Assembly: GCA_944393565.1 (NCBI GenBank)
Contig: CALYAM010000002.1
Coordinates: 129,992 to 193,991 of the forward strand
Direction: 5' to 3'
Length of the DNA: 64,000 nucleotides
Source: an uncultured Clostridia bacterium
GTDB lineage: Bacteria; Bacillota; Clostridia; TANB77; CAG-508
Both the position numbers and the translations under genes were made by a program. How positions within the stretch are numbered: the first letter of the stretch is position 1; each line of letters starts with the position of its first letter. The notes under the pieces are model-generated. The model searched no databases. It had not been told where the DNA came from and saw only the letters and a list, made by a program, of their open reading frames with translations. This document shows, in pieces, positions 34,477 through 44,904 of this stretch.

Positions 34477-37400
34477 TTATCCTCTTAGTACTTTTTTATT
34501 TATAAAGTATATCCCTGTTGATAATACTATTAGTATTACTATTCCTAATGTTACATACATTATTTCTCGTCCTGTTTTTATCCCTAGTAATACGTCCGCT
34601 GATGACATGTCATCTTCTCCTTGTACTTTGTTCCCTTCTCTTGAATCTCTGTCTCCTATTTTTTCTTCATTGCTTGTTTCTGCTATCTCTGCTACATTAT
34701 TTATTATTCCTACATTCTCTTCTGTCATATTCTTCCTTAGTACTAGTTTTATTTCTTTTTCTTCTCCTGGTTCGATTTCTATGTCTTTTAGCTCGCTATT
34801 GTACAAGTTCCCATCTTGGGCTTGTATCCATGTCCTATTTAGTTCTGTACTAAATATCATTTCTTGTGGCATGTAATCTACTATGCTCTTTACTCGTCCT
34901 CCTATTTCTCCTTCATTTTTTATCCTTATTTTGTATTCTATTAATACTACTGTGTCTTTTATATATTTTTTGTTTATATCTGTTTTGGCTATTTTGCTTC
35001 CTTCTTCATATTCGTATTCTTTTGTCCCTTCTCGGTTCTGTACTATTATTTTACTTACCTCTTTTTCTAAACTCATATCAAATACTGGGATTCTAACTAA
35101 TCCTATATTTATGTGTTGTATGTTTTCTTCGCTTACCTCTATTACATCTGTTATTCCTATTCCTGCTCCTCCTTCTATAGCACTTGAGTTTACTTCTATT
35201 TCCCCTGTCTTTCTATATTCAGTTACCTTATATTTGTTCTCTTCATATTTAAATATTACTTGGTATTCTCCTTTTTCTATTCTTCCTATTTCATAGTTCC
35301 CTTTCTCATCTGTTGTCGTTTTCCCTTTTTCTTCCCCTTTTCTATCTACTAAGCTTACCTCTATATTGCTTATTAGTTCTTCTCCTTCTTCTTTTATTCC
35401 ATTTTTGTTTTCATCTAACCATGCTGTTCCACTTATTGTATACTTTTCTGTTTCTCCTGGTTCGCTTGGGTTACTTGGGTCATTTGGGTCACTTGGGTCA
35501 CTTGGATCACTTGGGTTGTCTGGATCACTTGGGTTATCTGGATTATCTGGGTTCTCCTCTCCATTTTCATTCTCTATTGTAATTTCCCATTCTAATTCCT
35601 CTTCCCCTACTATCATTTTTGCTATTACTTCTTTTATTTTTTCTTTTATTTCTCCTACTTCTGCTGTTATTTCACATATATATGTTTCTCCTGGATATAT
35701 TGTTGTTTGCTCTAATTCAAATGTTCCCTCACTTTGTGACATATCTGAAGTGTTGCCTTCTTTTCCAAACACTACTGATATTGGTTTTAGTTCTTCTGGA
35801 AGCTCTACTTTAACCTTAAATTCCCCTTTTTCAAGTCTTCCTACATTTTCTGCATTCATTATAAGTTTTACCATATCTCCCGCTTTGTTTGTTGTCTCTA
35901 CATTTTCTGTTCGTTTTGTTATATTTACCTCTGGTCTTATAATTGTAGATTTAACTATGTTTGATGTGATTTCTGTTTCCAAGCCATCGTATGTTGCTGT
36001 TACCTTGTTTGTAATTTCCCTTTCATATGTGCTTCCACTTAGCTTATTTGTTGTAACAATTAATGTTAATATTGCATCAGGTTCATATAACATATTTCCT
36101 ATGTTCCATGTTACAACTCTGTTTTTAGCATCATAGTTCACAGCATCTTCGATTTCTTTATATTGGTTTGTTTCTACATCATAAATAGTCATAATTGCTT
36201 TTTCATATGTCACTCCTGCTGGTAAATAGTCTTTTACTATAATGTTTTCAATTGGATCTGGTCCTTCTATTTCCGGTTCTGTTTCAGGTGGTACTTCTAC
36301 TTCATCATCTGGTTCTGGTAGTGGTTCTTCTGGCTCTGGTATTTGTTCTTCATCTTCATCTACTGGTAATAAATAGTCACTTATATTATTTACATTTATC
36401 ATATATGCTATTTGGTGTCCTTCAAGCACTTGGCTATTTTCTGCTCCAGTATTCATTATTAGCTCAAGTCTTGGTTTATTCTCTTCTGGCTTTGCTCCAT
36501 TTTCTTCTTCATTTGGTGTTCCTTCTGGTTCTTCTACTGGTGCTCCCACTATTGGTGTCTCTTCTTCTTTTTCTTCCTTTAGATTTGATGTTATTTTTGT
36601 TCTTGCTTGGTTTCCTTCTAGCTCTGCTATTATCTCTCCTTCTCCACTCTCTTCTTTGCTTGTTACATTTAGCCCTACTATTATTGTACTTCCATTCCCT
36701 TTTGCTGTTGTGCTAAATTTGCTTTGTTTCCCTTTTAGTTCTATTTCTATCTCTTTTTCTCCTTCTTCTGTTCCTTTTACTTCCGCTCTTCCTATTTCTA
36801 GTTCTGTATCAAACAATAAATTTGTATTTGTTATTTCTGCTTCTTCTATAAACTTTGGTAATTTTACTTTTACTTTCGGATTTTCATATAGTTTTGAATC
36901 TTCTTTGTTGTTTCCTAATTCTATTTTTATTTCTATTCCTTCTCTCTTTTGGTTTATGCTTTCTTTATTTGCTTCTATTTTTAAGTGGCTTATCGCTTCT
37001 TCTAGCTTCCCTTCTCCTTTTGCTTCATTCCCTTTTGCTTCTCCTTCTCCTCTTACTTCTATTTCTTCTTCTATTTTTTCTAGCTCGTCTATTTCTTCAC
37101 TTCTAATCTCTTCTTCCGCTTTTATTACTTTCCTATGTTCTATTATTAATGTCCCCTCTTCTTTTGGTTCACTTGTTTTTATTGTTATTCTTCCTTCTTC
37201 TGTTTCGTATTCTATTTTATATGCCCCTTCTTCTTCCTTACTATTTTTATCTATTTTTCCTATTTCTTCTCCTAATGCATTTTCTATTGTTATTATTCCT
37301 TCTTCTCCTAATATTTCTTTAAATCTTTTTGCTACTATTTTTGTTTCTTTATAGTATGTTCTTCCTTCTTCTCCTTTCATCTCTCCTTCTTTTGTCTTAA

Positions 37401-38607
37401 ATCTGCTCCCTTTTTCTTCTATTATTATCCCTTCTGTTATCTCTGCTTTCCCTATATGGATTTCTTCTTCTACTTTATATTCTGTTTCGTACCCTTTTGC
37501 ATACATTTTTGCCTTGTTTATTCCTTCTATTCCTATTTTTCCTCTTATTATACTTCCTCTTTCTTCTCCTATTTCTTCTTTTAATATCACTTCTATTTCT
37601 GTTTTGTTTCTCTCTTCTGTGTGGCTATAACTTTCTACTTCTATCTTACTCTTGCTTTCTATTTCTTCTTTCCCTTCTCCTTCTCCCTCTTTTGTTCCAT
37701 ATTCATATGTTATTATGTATCTGTCTTCTCCTCCTTCTTTGCTATATACTTCTCCTTCTATTTCTTCATTTCCTACTTCTATTTCTAGTTTCCCTTCGTT
37801 GTATTCCCATTTTACCTCTACTTCTTCTTTTCTCTTTCCATTTGTCATTTCTGTTCCTTGGCTGCTTACTCTTACTTCTTTTGCTTCTTCTCCTTTATAT
37901 CTTGGTACTTCTATTTCTATTCTTGTCTTCTTTATTGGTAGCCCTTCATTTTTCCTTCTTATTACTATCTCTTCTTCTATTATTGTTCCTTCTTCTTCTC
38001 CTTCTTTATATCCTCTCTTTGTTATTATTTCCCTTTCTGCTTCTATTTCTGTTTTGCTTTCCCATCCTATGTTTATTATTACTTCTTTGCTTATTTCTAC
38101 TTCTTCTCCCTCTTCTGTTACATATGTTCCTGTTAATTTTATCTTGCTGTTTTTATTTATCTCTTCTACTTTTAGTTTCTCTCCTATTTCTACTTCTACT
38201 GGTACTTCTAATATTGCCTCTGTTCCTTTGTTTATTTGTTTTAACTCTAATCTATTTCCTTCTTTTTTCCCTATTATTCCGTTTCCCTCTATTTCTCCTT
38301 TTATTCTATAATTCCCTTCTATTATTTCTATTACTCCATTTTTCATAAATCCGCTTTCTTTTACATTTATGTGCATGCTAATTACTGGTGTTTCTCCTAC
38401 ATCATATACTTCTGAATGTACTTTCTCTCCTTCTTTTTCTATGTATGCACTAAATTCTACATTCTTGTGCTCTGTCTTCTCATCTTGACTTTCTAAGTTA
38501 CCTTCCGCATAACTTACCATGCTATTTCCTATTAGTATTAGGTTCCCCGCTGTTAATACAACTACTAGTATGCTTGCTATTATTTTTCCCATTATCTTTC
38601 TTTGCAT
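34477..38607 (-). CDS. giant E/K/G/I-rich cell-surface protein (1376 aa) with SdrD-B-like and DUF11-like domains, a DNPS/DPSD proline-rich linker and a C-terminal sorting-like signal
   Basis: Signal peptide. Very long low-complexity Glu/Lys/Gly-rich region. YTISGTAWLDENKNGI...TDEKGNYEI is an SdrD_B fold. The C-terminus IKTGREIMY + TM + NKKVLRG parallels the downstream gene. The two genes are 114 bp apart and likely co-transcribed. Confidence 0.85.
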   Translation of the reverse strand: MQRKIMGKIIASILVVVLTAGNLILIGNSMVSYAEGNLESQDEKTEHKNVEFSAYIEKEGEKVHSEVYDVGETPVISMHINVKESGFMKNGVIEIIEGNYRIKGEIEGNGIIGKKEGNRLELKQINKGTEAILEVPVEVEIGEKLKVEEINKNSKIKLTGTYVTEEGEEVEISKEVIINIGWESKTEIEAEREIITKRGYKEGEEEGTIIEEEIVIRRKNEGLPIKKTRIEIEVPRYKGEEAKEVRVSSQGTEMTNGKRKEEVEVKWEYNEGKLEIEVGNEEIEGEVYSKEGGEDRYIITYEYGTKEGEGEGKEEIESKSKIEVESYSHTEERNKTEIEVILKEEIGEERGSIIRGKIGIEGINKAKMYAKGYETEYKVEEEIHIGKAEITEGIIIEEKGSRFKTKEGEMKGEEGRTYYKETKIVAKRFKEILGEEGIITIENALGEEIGKIDKNSKEEEGAYKIEYETEEGRITIKTSEPKEEGTLIIEHRKVIKAEEEIRSEEIDELEKIEEEIEVRGEGEAKGNEAKGEGKLEEAISHLKIEANKESINQKREGIEIKIELGNNKEDSKLYENPKVKVKLPKFIEEAEITNTNLLFDTELEIGRAEVKGTEEGEKEIEIELKGKQSKFSTTAKGNGSTIIVGLNVTSKEESGEGEIIAELEGNQARTKITSNLKEEKEEETPIVGAPVEEPEGTPNEEENGAKPEENKPRLELIMNTGAENSQVLEGHQIAYMINVNNISDYLLPVDEDEEQIPEPEEPLPEPDDEVEVPPETEPEIEGPDPIENIIVKDYLPAGVTYEKAIMTIYDVETNQYKEIEDAVNYDAKNRVVTWNIGNMLYEPDAILTLIVTTNKLSGSTYEREITNKVTATYDGLETEITSNIVKSTIIRPEVNITKRTENVETTNKAGDMVKLIMNAENVGRLEKGEFKVKVELPEELKPISVVFGKEGNTSDMSQSEGTFELEQTTIYPGETYICEITAEVGEIKEKIKEVIAKMIVGEEELEWEITIENENGEENPDNPDNPSDPDNPSDPSDPSDPNDPSNPSEPGETEKYTISGTAWLDENKNGIKEEGEELISNIEVSLVDRKGEEKGKTTTDEKGNYEIGRIEKGEYQVIFKYEENKYKVTEYRKTGEIEVNSSAIEGGAGIGITDVIEVSEENIQHINIGLVRIPVFDMSLEKEVSKIIVQNREGTKEYEYEEGSKIAKTDINKKYIKDTVVLIEYKIRIKNEGEIGGRVKSIVDYMPQEMIFSTELNRTWIQAQDGNLYNSELKDIEIEPGEEKEIKLVLRKNMTEENVGIINNVAEIAETSNEEKIGDRDSREGNKVQGEDDMSSADVLLGIKTGREIMYVTLGIVILIVLSTGIYFINKKVLRG
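35461..35560. repeat. tandem 9-bp repeat (about 10 units of cacttgggt / ggatcactt variants) inside the 1376-aa gene, encoding the NPD/NPS/DPS linker
   Basis: Seen directly: ttgggttacttgggtcatttgggtcacttgggtcacttggatcacttgggttgtctggatcacttgggttatctggattatctgggtt. Confidence 0.85.
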
Positions 38608-38750
38608 CTTTTATATTCCTCCTTGTATTATTTTCGACTTAATACTACTATTTTCTTTATTTTCACATGTTTTTTAGTCTTAGTCAATATATATTTTTTT
38701 AACTTTTTTTTCTATTATCTTATCGCATACGGAAATTACTGTTTGCTGAA

Positions 38751-38810
38751 ATATTACATTTTTGTAATATTGTATCCATATTTTAATTATATACTTTTTA
38801 TGTAAAGTTT
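38751..38810 (-). promoter_or_regulatory. putative promoter plus palindromic operator (ATATTACA-TTTT-TGTAATAT) for the surface-protein operon, in a divergent intergenic region
   Basis: Perfect 8-4-8 palindrome at 38751-38770. TTTACA-N15-TAAAAT on the minus strand. A homologous copy is fused to the truncated paralog at 17641-17700. Confidence 0.5.
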
Positions 38811-38949
38811 TCAATGGTTTTTCCTACTTTTTTCGCTTTAAAAGGAAAAAATGAATAAATTTTGTAACATTTTTTTCCTTACTTAGTACAATATACTAGT
38901 AATGTTTTATTTTTCATTACATATATTTATTCTAAGGGGGCTGTGTATT

Positions 38950-39327
38950 ATGGATAAAGATATATCAGATATGATGAAAAAATTTTCTGACATGATGGCT
39001 AATGGCTCTTCTGAAGAAAAAACTTCTAATTCTTCTTTTAATTTTTCAGATATTTCTCCTGATATGTTAAGCCAATTTGCCTCATTATTTAAAAAAAACA
39101 CTTCTGACAATAATAAATTTAACTTTGACATGGAATCTCTTTTAAAAATAAAAGCTGTTATGGAAAAAATGAATGCAAAAGATGATCCTAGAAATAATCT
39201 GCTACAATCACTTAAACCTTATTTAAAGCCTAGTAGGAAAGAAAAAGTTGATCAATATATTTCTTTACTTAATATGGGAAAGGTAATGGAAATTTTTAAG
39301 GAATCAAATGGAGGAAATAAAAAATGA
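38950..39327 (+). CDS. hypothetical small acidic protein (likely start MDKDISDMMKK)
   Basis: ORF track 38902..39327; a ribosome binding site gggggctgtgtattATG is more consistent with an internal ATG at 38950; no recognisable domain. Confidence 0.45.
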   Translation: MDKDISDMMKKFSDMMANGSSEEKTSNSSFNFSDISPDMLSQFASLFKKNTSDNNKFNFDMESLLKIKAVMEKMNAKDDPRNNLLQSLKPYLKPSRKEKVDQYISLLNMGKVMEIFKESNGGNKK

Positions 39328-39662
39328 TATTCCCTTATCCTTTTTTTCACTCATCGTTTTTCCCTAATATGTACCGTCCATATATTAGAAAATATAATCC
39401 ATTAATAAAAAAATATTCTGATGCTTCTAAAAAAAACTTAAGTGCGTCTAAAAATATAAATAATTCTTGTAATTGTGCAAAAAAAATTGAAAAATCCGAA
39501 GATAAAAACAGGCTCTCGTACGATAAACCTGTTTTTGAAATTTTAGGTGTTCCTCTTTATATAGATGATTTAATTATCCTTGGTTTACTCTTTTTCCTTT
39601 ATTTCGAAGAAGTTCAAGACCAAGAATTATTTGCTATTTTAATTTTACTATTTTTTTCTTAA
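39324..39662 (+). CDS. hypothetical protein with hydrophobic C-terminus
   Basis: 112 aa ORF overlapping the upstream stop by 4 nt (atga); no recognisable domain. Confidence 0.4.
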   Translation: MIFPYPFFHSSFFPNMYRPYIRKYNPLIKKYSDASKKNLSASKNINNSCNCAKKIEKSEDKNRLSYDKPVFEILGVPLYIDDLIILGLLFFLYFEEVQDQELFAILILLFFS

Positions 39663-39715
39663 AGTAATTGTTAACTACTAATTATTTTAAAGTATAAGCA
39701 TTTTTTGTATGATAA

Positions 39716-40330
39716 TTATTCTAATATTATTTTGTCTTCTACCACATATGCATAAGTTTTTTTGTTTTCTGTCTTTTCTCCTTTTTCTATTTCTTTTACT
39801 ATATTTGATATCCTAACTTGTGGAGCCTCTATGGATTCTGCTGCAATTATCGCTTTTTTATTTCCTTTTGCCCCTGCATGTGCTACTCCTCTTAATACAC
39901 CAACTATCGCAATATTTTCCCCTGCTATAATTTCTGCTCCTCCATTTAGGTCTCCAATTAACACAATACTTCCTTCGTATTCTAATTTTTGTCCCGAACG
40001 CAAAGACCCTTTATGAAATTTAGTGTCTGAATTTTGTATTTCATCTTCAAAAGTCTTTTTTATACTGTATAATCCTAAATCTCTAGGACTATCAAATTCT
40101 ATTTTAACATCAATATTCTGTTTTATTATCCCTTCTATTTCTTCTATCTCTTTGTTTTTTAAGACTTTACCTGTTATAAATATTGGTGTTTTTTCATTTC
40201 CATACATCTTTTTTAGTTCTAATAATTTTCTTTTTAATTCTTTTAAAATTTCCTCTTGTGATGCCTGTTCATGTATTTTTAGTAATATTTCATTTTGCTT
40301 TTGTTGTACCGTTATAGTGCTTCTTCTCAT
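39716..40330 (-). CDS. minC: septum site-determining protein MinC
   Basis: 204 aa; C-terminal beta-helix region LIGDLNGGAEIIAGENIAIVGVLRGVAHAG; sits downstream of mreBCD-pbp2. Confidence 0.85.
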   Translation of the reverse strand: MRRSTITVQQKQNEILLKIHEQASQEEILKELKRKLLELKKMYGNEKTPIFITGKVLKNKEIEEIEGIIKQNIDVKIEFDSPRDLGLYSIKKTFEDEIQNSDTKFHKGSLRSGQKLEYEGSIVLIGDLNGGAEIIAGENIAIVGVLRGVAHAGAKGNKKAIIAAESIEAPQVRISNIVKEIEKGEKTENKKTYAYVVEDKIILE

Positions 40331-40346
40331 TTTTTCCCCCTATATT

Positions 40347-42444
40347 TTATCTTATTTCCTCTGTATAACCAGTTGCTGTCATGTCCTCTTTTACTCCATT
40401 CATGTTCATTCCAAAATATTCTCCAATTATGTCTCTTGCAATTTCTGCTGTATACCAACCATGTCCGCCATTTTCTACTAATACAACTACTGCAATTTCT
40501 GGATTGTCATATGGCGCAAATCCTGTAAACCAAGCATTTATATCTCCTGTATTACTTTCTGTTGAACCCGTTTTTCCTCCTACTTCTATATTGAAATTTT
40601 TAAAAACTGAATGTGCTGTTCCTCCTGTTTCATATGTAACTGATCTCATTCCTTCTAATACAGCTTGAACATTTTCCTGATTAATGTTTAACTGTTCTTC
40701 TGTATCTTCTGTTATTCCAAGTTTTTCATTAACAAATGCATTTATTTCTTCTTTTGGTATTTCAGTTCCGTCTGCTCTTATAACACTTTTTATTAATGTT
40801 GGATTAACTACTTTTTGTCCATTAGTTAATATACTTATATATCTTGCTATTTGAATAGGAGAAAAATTATTATCACTTTGTCCTATTACTGCATTTAGTG
40901 TGTCGCCTAAATACCATATTTCCCCATTTTTGTTGCTATTTGTCTCTCCTGCCACAGTCCCTGATACTTCTCCTGGTAGTTCTATTCCTGTTTTTTGTCC
41001 CAGTCTAAAATAACTTGCGTATTGTTCTAATGTTGCTATCCCCATTCGGTAACCTACTTCATAGAAGAAAAAGTTACACGATTTTTTTATTGCATCTGAT
41101 ACATTTAATCTTCCATGTCCATACCCGTAATCATTATATATCCAACACCTAGGGTTATGTCCATGTGGATATATTCCTGTATCGTTTATTCTTTCCTCTG
41201 TTGTAATCACTCCAGTTTCAAGGCCAGCAATAGCAGTAACCATTTTAAATATTGAACCAGGTGCATATGCTCCTTGTACAGCTCTGTTAAATAATGCATT
41301 TCCTTCGTTATATTCATTCCACTTGCTTGTGCTAATTCCATTTGCAAATTCTTGTGGTTCAAAATCTGGCTCACTAGCAAGTGCCAATACTTCACCGGTT
41401 TTTACATTCATAACAACTGCTGCTCCACCTTTTGCTTCGCTGACACTTCCAAATCCACCGTTTCTTATTTTTTCAATATTTGCTTTTAAAGCATTCTCGG
41501 TTATTCTTTGTAGATTTGCATCTATTGTTAAAACTACGTTACATCCTGCTATTGCTTCTTCTGAAATATATTCGCCTGTTGTTGTACCATTTACAGACAT
41601 GTCTATTTGCCTCGTTCCATTTTGCCCTCTTAAGTATTCTTCTAATACATATTCCAAACCATCTTTTCCTATATAATCATTTGCACTATAACCTTCATTT
41701 TTTCTTTTTTTATATTCAGATTCTGAAATTGGCCCTACATAACCTAATATATGTGATGCTACGCTTCCTAGATTATATTTTCTTGTTGGCTCTGCTACCA
41801 TGCTTATTCCCGGAAACATTGCTCCTCTTTCCCCAAGCTCATTTATACTAGCATTAGATATTGACTTCGCTATCGTTACTGGTTTTGTTGAACTGTAACC
41901 GTTTTCTGAAATTTCATATCTTACTATTAATATTTTTCTTATATCTTCTGGTGCTTCTTGTTCAATTTTGTATTTTTCCTTTAGTTTAAAAAATGCACTT
42001 TCTGCCGTTTCATTTTCATCTAAATCATAATCTTGTTTAAAATTTTTTAAACTAGTTTCTGAAGAAAAAGTATATGCATATGGATTTAATGCAATTGGAA
42101 AGTTGTCTATGTATTCGTCTTCATTTTTCTCTAACACTTTCAGCATTTCTAATATTGAATTATTTAGTGTTTTGTCATCAATTTTTGTTTTATATAATTC
42201 TAATTTAGTCGTTATTGTATTGCTTGCAATTACTGATCCAGTTCTATCTAAGAAAGACCCTCTTGCTGCAAGCAACGTACTTTCTCTTGTTAGCCTTGTA
42301 TCGGATTTTTCTCTATATTCTGCTCCGATTTATAATTTGAAGATTAAATAATTGCATAATAAGTATAATTCCAATTAAATATATTAACACCGTCATAAGA
42401 TTATATCTTAATTTACTTCTTTGATTTATATTATTTTCTTTCAA
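40347..42444 (-). CDS. mrdA: penicillin-binding protein 2 (elongation-specific transpeptidase), disrupted by a +1 shift at an in-frame CGG near the N-terminus
   Basis: The 642-aa ORF (40347..42275) has a transpeptidase domain with SxxK. The missing N-terminus (TTG start about 42444, TM helix LMTVLIYLIGIILIMQLFNLQIIN) is in the -1 frame upstream. Junction at plus-strand ccg 42325-42327 (aatCGGAgcagaa); the +1 frame gives GAEYREKSDTRLTRE... Confidence 0.8.
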
Positions 42445-42475
42445 ATTTGAAATGTCTCCTTATATTAATTTTTTT

Positions 42476-43009
42476 CTAAAAATATCTTGTTAATATATTT
42501 GAGCCTTTAAAAGTTTCTTCTATTCTATAACCTACTTTTTGCATTAGTGGATATAGAATAATAATTAGTATTGAATTATAGATTGATTCAATCAGCAAGA
42601 TTTTTATTAGTGCAATAATCTCTATATCCATTTTATAGATAAATACTGATATAAAGTAGTCTGCACTTTCATAAAATAATGTTGCACCTATACACATTAA
42701 CATAATTGTTAATTTGCTATCTTTTGAAAAATTTTTATCTAAACGGCTACTTGCAAAACCAACTATCCCAAGGAGTATACCAGATATTCCTATTTTTTCC
42801 CCAATAAATATATCAAGCAATACTCCAAATAACATTCCCAAAATAGCCCCCGGAATTTGACCTGCAAATAATCCTATAAACAGTACATATATGACAAATA
42901 AATTTGGCATTATTCCGTATATCGTAAACCAGCTAAAAAAATTCGATTGAAGAAAATATATAATTAGAAATACTAATATTAACAGTATATATATAATTAT
43001 TTTTTTCAT
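42476..43009 (-). CDS. mreD: rod shape-determining protein MreD
   Basis: 177 aa polytopic membrane protein immediately downstream of mreC. Confidence 0.7.
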   Translation of the reverse strand: MKKIIIYILLILVFLIIYFLQSNFFSWFTIYGIMPNLFVIYVLFIGLFAGQIPGAILGMLFGVLLDIFIGEKIGISGILLGIVGFASSRLDKNFSKDSKLTIMLMCIGATLFYESADYFISVFIYKMDIEIIALIKILLIESIYNSILIIILYPLMQKVGYRIEETFKGSNILTRYF

Positions 43010-43031
43010 TTTTTTACCTTTTACACCTTAT

Positions 43032-43854
43032 TTAGGAATCTTTTTTCACTACTAAGACTGTCTCTATTTTGTCAAAATCCACTGCTGTTTCTATAATTGC
43101 ATAACGGTTTGTTATATTCTTTGTATTTACAATTTCTTTTATTGTTCCTATATGAATTCCTTTTTCGTAAATTCCTCCCATTCCTGATGTTTCAACAGCA
43201 TCACCTTGGACTAAACTTGCTTCTGCCGGAATATATGTTGCTTTTAATGTCTTATTTTCCTCCAACATTCCTCTTAGTAATATTCCTTCCCTTGATGTGC
43301 TAATTGTAGCACTTGTTGTACTTGCTGGGTCTATGATTGTTTGTACTTTTGCAGTTGTTTCAGATGCAGATATAACATGTCCTACTAATCCTTCTTCGGA
43401 TATTACAGTCATATTTATTCCTATTCCATCTCGTGTTCCTGCATTAATTACTATTATGCTACTTAAATTACTTGTATTTTTATTTATAATATATGCAGGT
43501 ACCGTATTATATTCAGAGTATTTTTCTGTCATTTTCATGTATTCTTTCAGAGTTGTATTTTCAGCTTTTATTACTTCTAGCTCTCTTAATGATGCTTCTA
43601 ATTCAGCATTTTGTTTTTTTAGTTCTTCGTTTTCTGTTTTTAAATTATTAATATCAGTAAAAAAGTCATCATTTCCAGCTAACTTGTTTTTTAAATATGT
43701 AAGTCCATTTTGAATTGGCATAACAAGTGTAGAAAATGCATTTTCTACACTTGTTATATTTTCTAAATTAAGATTCGACAGAATAACCAATAATATTAAT
43801 AATATTACTGTTATTATAATTCCGGACTATGCCATTACTTTTTTTTCTATACAT
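43032..43854 (-). CDS. mreC: rod shape-determining protein MreC, disrupted by a +1 shift at an in-frame CGG at codon 11
   Basis: The 252-aa ORF (43032..43790) lacks the native start. ATG at 43854 gives MYRKKSNGIV, then CGG (ccg 43822-43824, gtcCGGAattata); the +1 frame continues GIIITVILLILLVILSNLNL... into the ORF. Coiled-coil region and C-terminal beta domain present. Confidence 0.8.
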
Positions 43855-43856
43855 AT

Positions 43857-44888
43857 TTATCTTCTCTTTCTTGCATTAATTAAAACACTTTTTAGTCTCT
43901 CTAAGTCTTCTAATGTTTTCCCTGTTCCCTTTACAACACATTCTAATGGGTTTTCTGCAATGTACACTGGCATTCCTGTTTTTAGGCTTAATAATTTGTC
44001 TATGTTTTTTATTAAAGCTCCCCCACCAGCTAGGACAATTCCCTTTTCCATAATGTCTGAAGCTAACTCAGGTGGTGTCTTTTCTAATGTGTTTTTTACA
44101 GATTCTACTATTTCGTTTATTGAATCTGCAATTGCTTCTTCAATTTGTGTGGATGTTACTATTACATTTTTTGGAAGTCCTGTTGTTAAATCTCTTCCCC
44201 TTATTTCCATACTCATTTCTGTCATAAGTGGTTGAGCACATCCTATTTCCATTTTTATTTCTTCTGCTGTTGTTTCTCCTATTGCGAGGTTCATTTCCCT
44301 TTTTATATAATTTACTATGTCTTCGTCTAGCTCATCTCCAGCTATTCTAAGTGAGTTGCTGATTACAATTCCCCCAAGTGAAATAACTGCTACTTCTGTT
44401 GTTCCGCCTCCAATGTCTACTATAATATTTCCGCTTGGTTCTGCTACTTCTAAATTTGCACCTATTGCTGCAGCCATTGGTTCTTCTATTAAATATACTT
44501 CTCTTGCTCCAGCTTGTATTATTGATTCTTCTACTGCTCTTTCTTCAACTTCTGTTATTCCTGATGGCACACCAACTACTACTCTTGGTTTCCCAGCATT
44601 ATAGCGTGAGCATACTTTTGCTATTATATTTTTAAGCATTAATTGTGTTGCAGTAAAATCTGCTATTACACCATCTTTTAGTGGCCTTACTGCTTTTATT
44701 TGGTCTGGTGTCCTTCCTAGCATTTCTTTTGCTTCATGTCCTGTTGCCAGTATCTCCCCGCTTCTTCTATTTATTGCAACAACAGATGGTTCTTTTAATA
44801 TAACTCCTTTTCCTTTTAATGTTACTAATATATTAGCTGTTCCTAAGTCTATTCCAATATCTTTTCCTCCGAAGTTAAAAAGTTTCAT
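43857..44888 (-). CDS. mreB: rod shape-determining protein MreB (actin homologue)
   Basis: 343 aa; DLGTANILV and the actin-fold phosphate-binding motifs. Confidence 0.95.
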   Translation of the reverse strand: MKLFNFGGKDIGIDLGTANILVTLKGKGVILKEPSVVAINRRSGEILATGHEAKEMLGRTPDQIKAVRPLKDGVIADFTATQLMLKNIIAKVCSRYNAGKPRVVVGVPSGITEVEERAVEESIIQAGAREVYLIEEPMAAAIGANLEVAEPSGNIIVDIGGGTTEVAVISLGGIVISNSLRIAGDELDEDIVNYIKREMNLAIGETTAEEIKMEIGCAQPLMTEMSMEIRGRDLTTGLPKNVIVTSTQIEEAIADSINEIVESVKNTLEKTPPELASDIMEKGIVLAGGGALIKNIDKLLSLKTGMPVYIAENPLECVVKGTGKTLEDLERLKSVLINARKRR

Positions 44889-44904
44889 GTTTTTTCTTTC
44901 CTTC

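Noticed and set aside
34518-38348. Many long plus-strand ORFs (Leu/Phe/Ser-rich, 60-283 aa) across both adhesin genes, including the duplicated set at 16116-17675
   Set aside because: They are a by-product of the pyrimidine-only antisense strand of the purine-loaded adhesin genes. They have no ribosome binding sites and no homology, and are exact mirrors of the real minus-strand genes.
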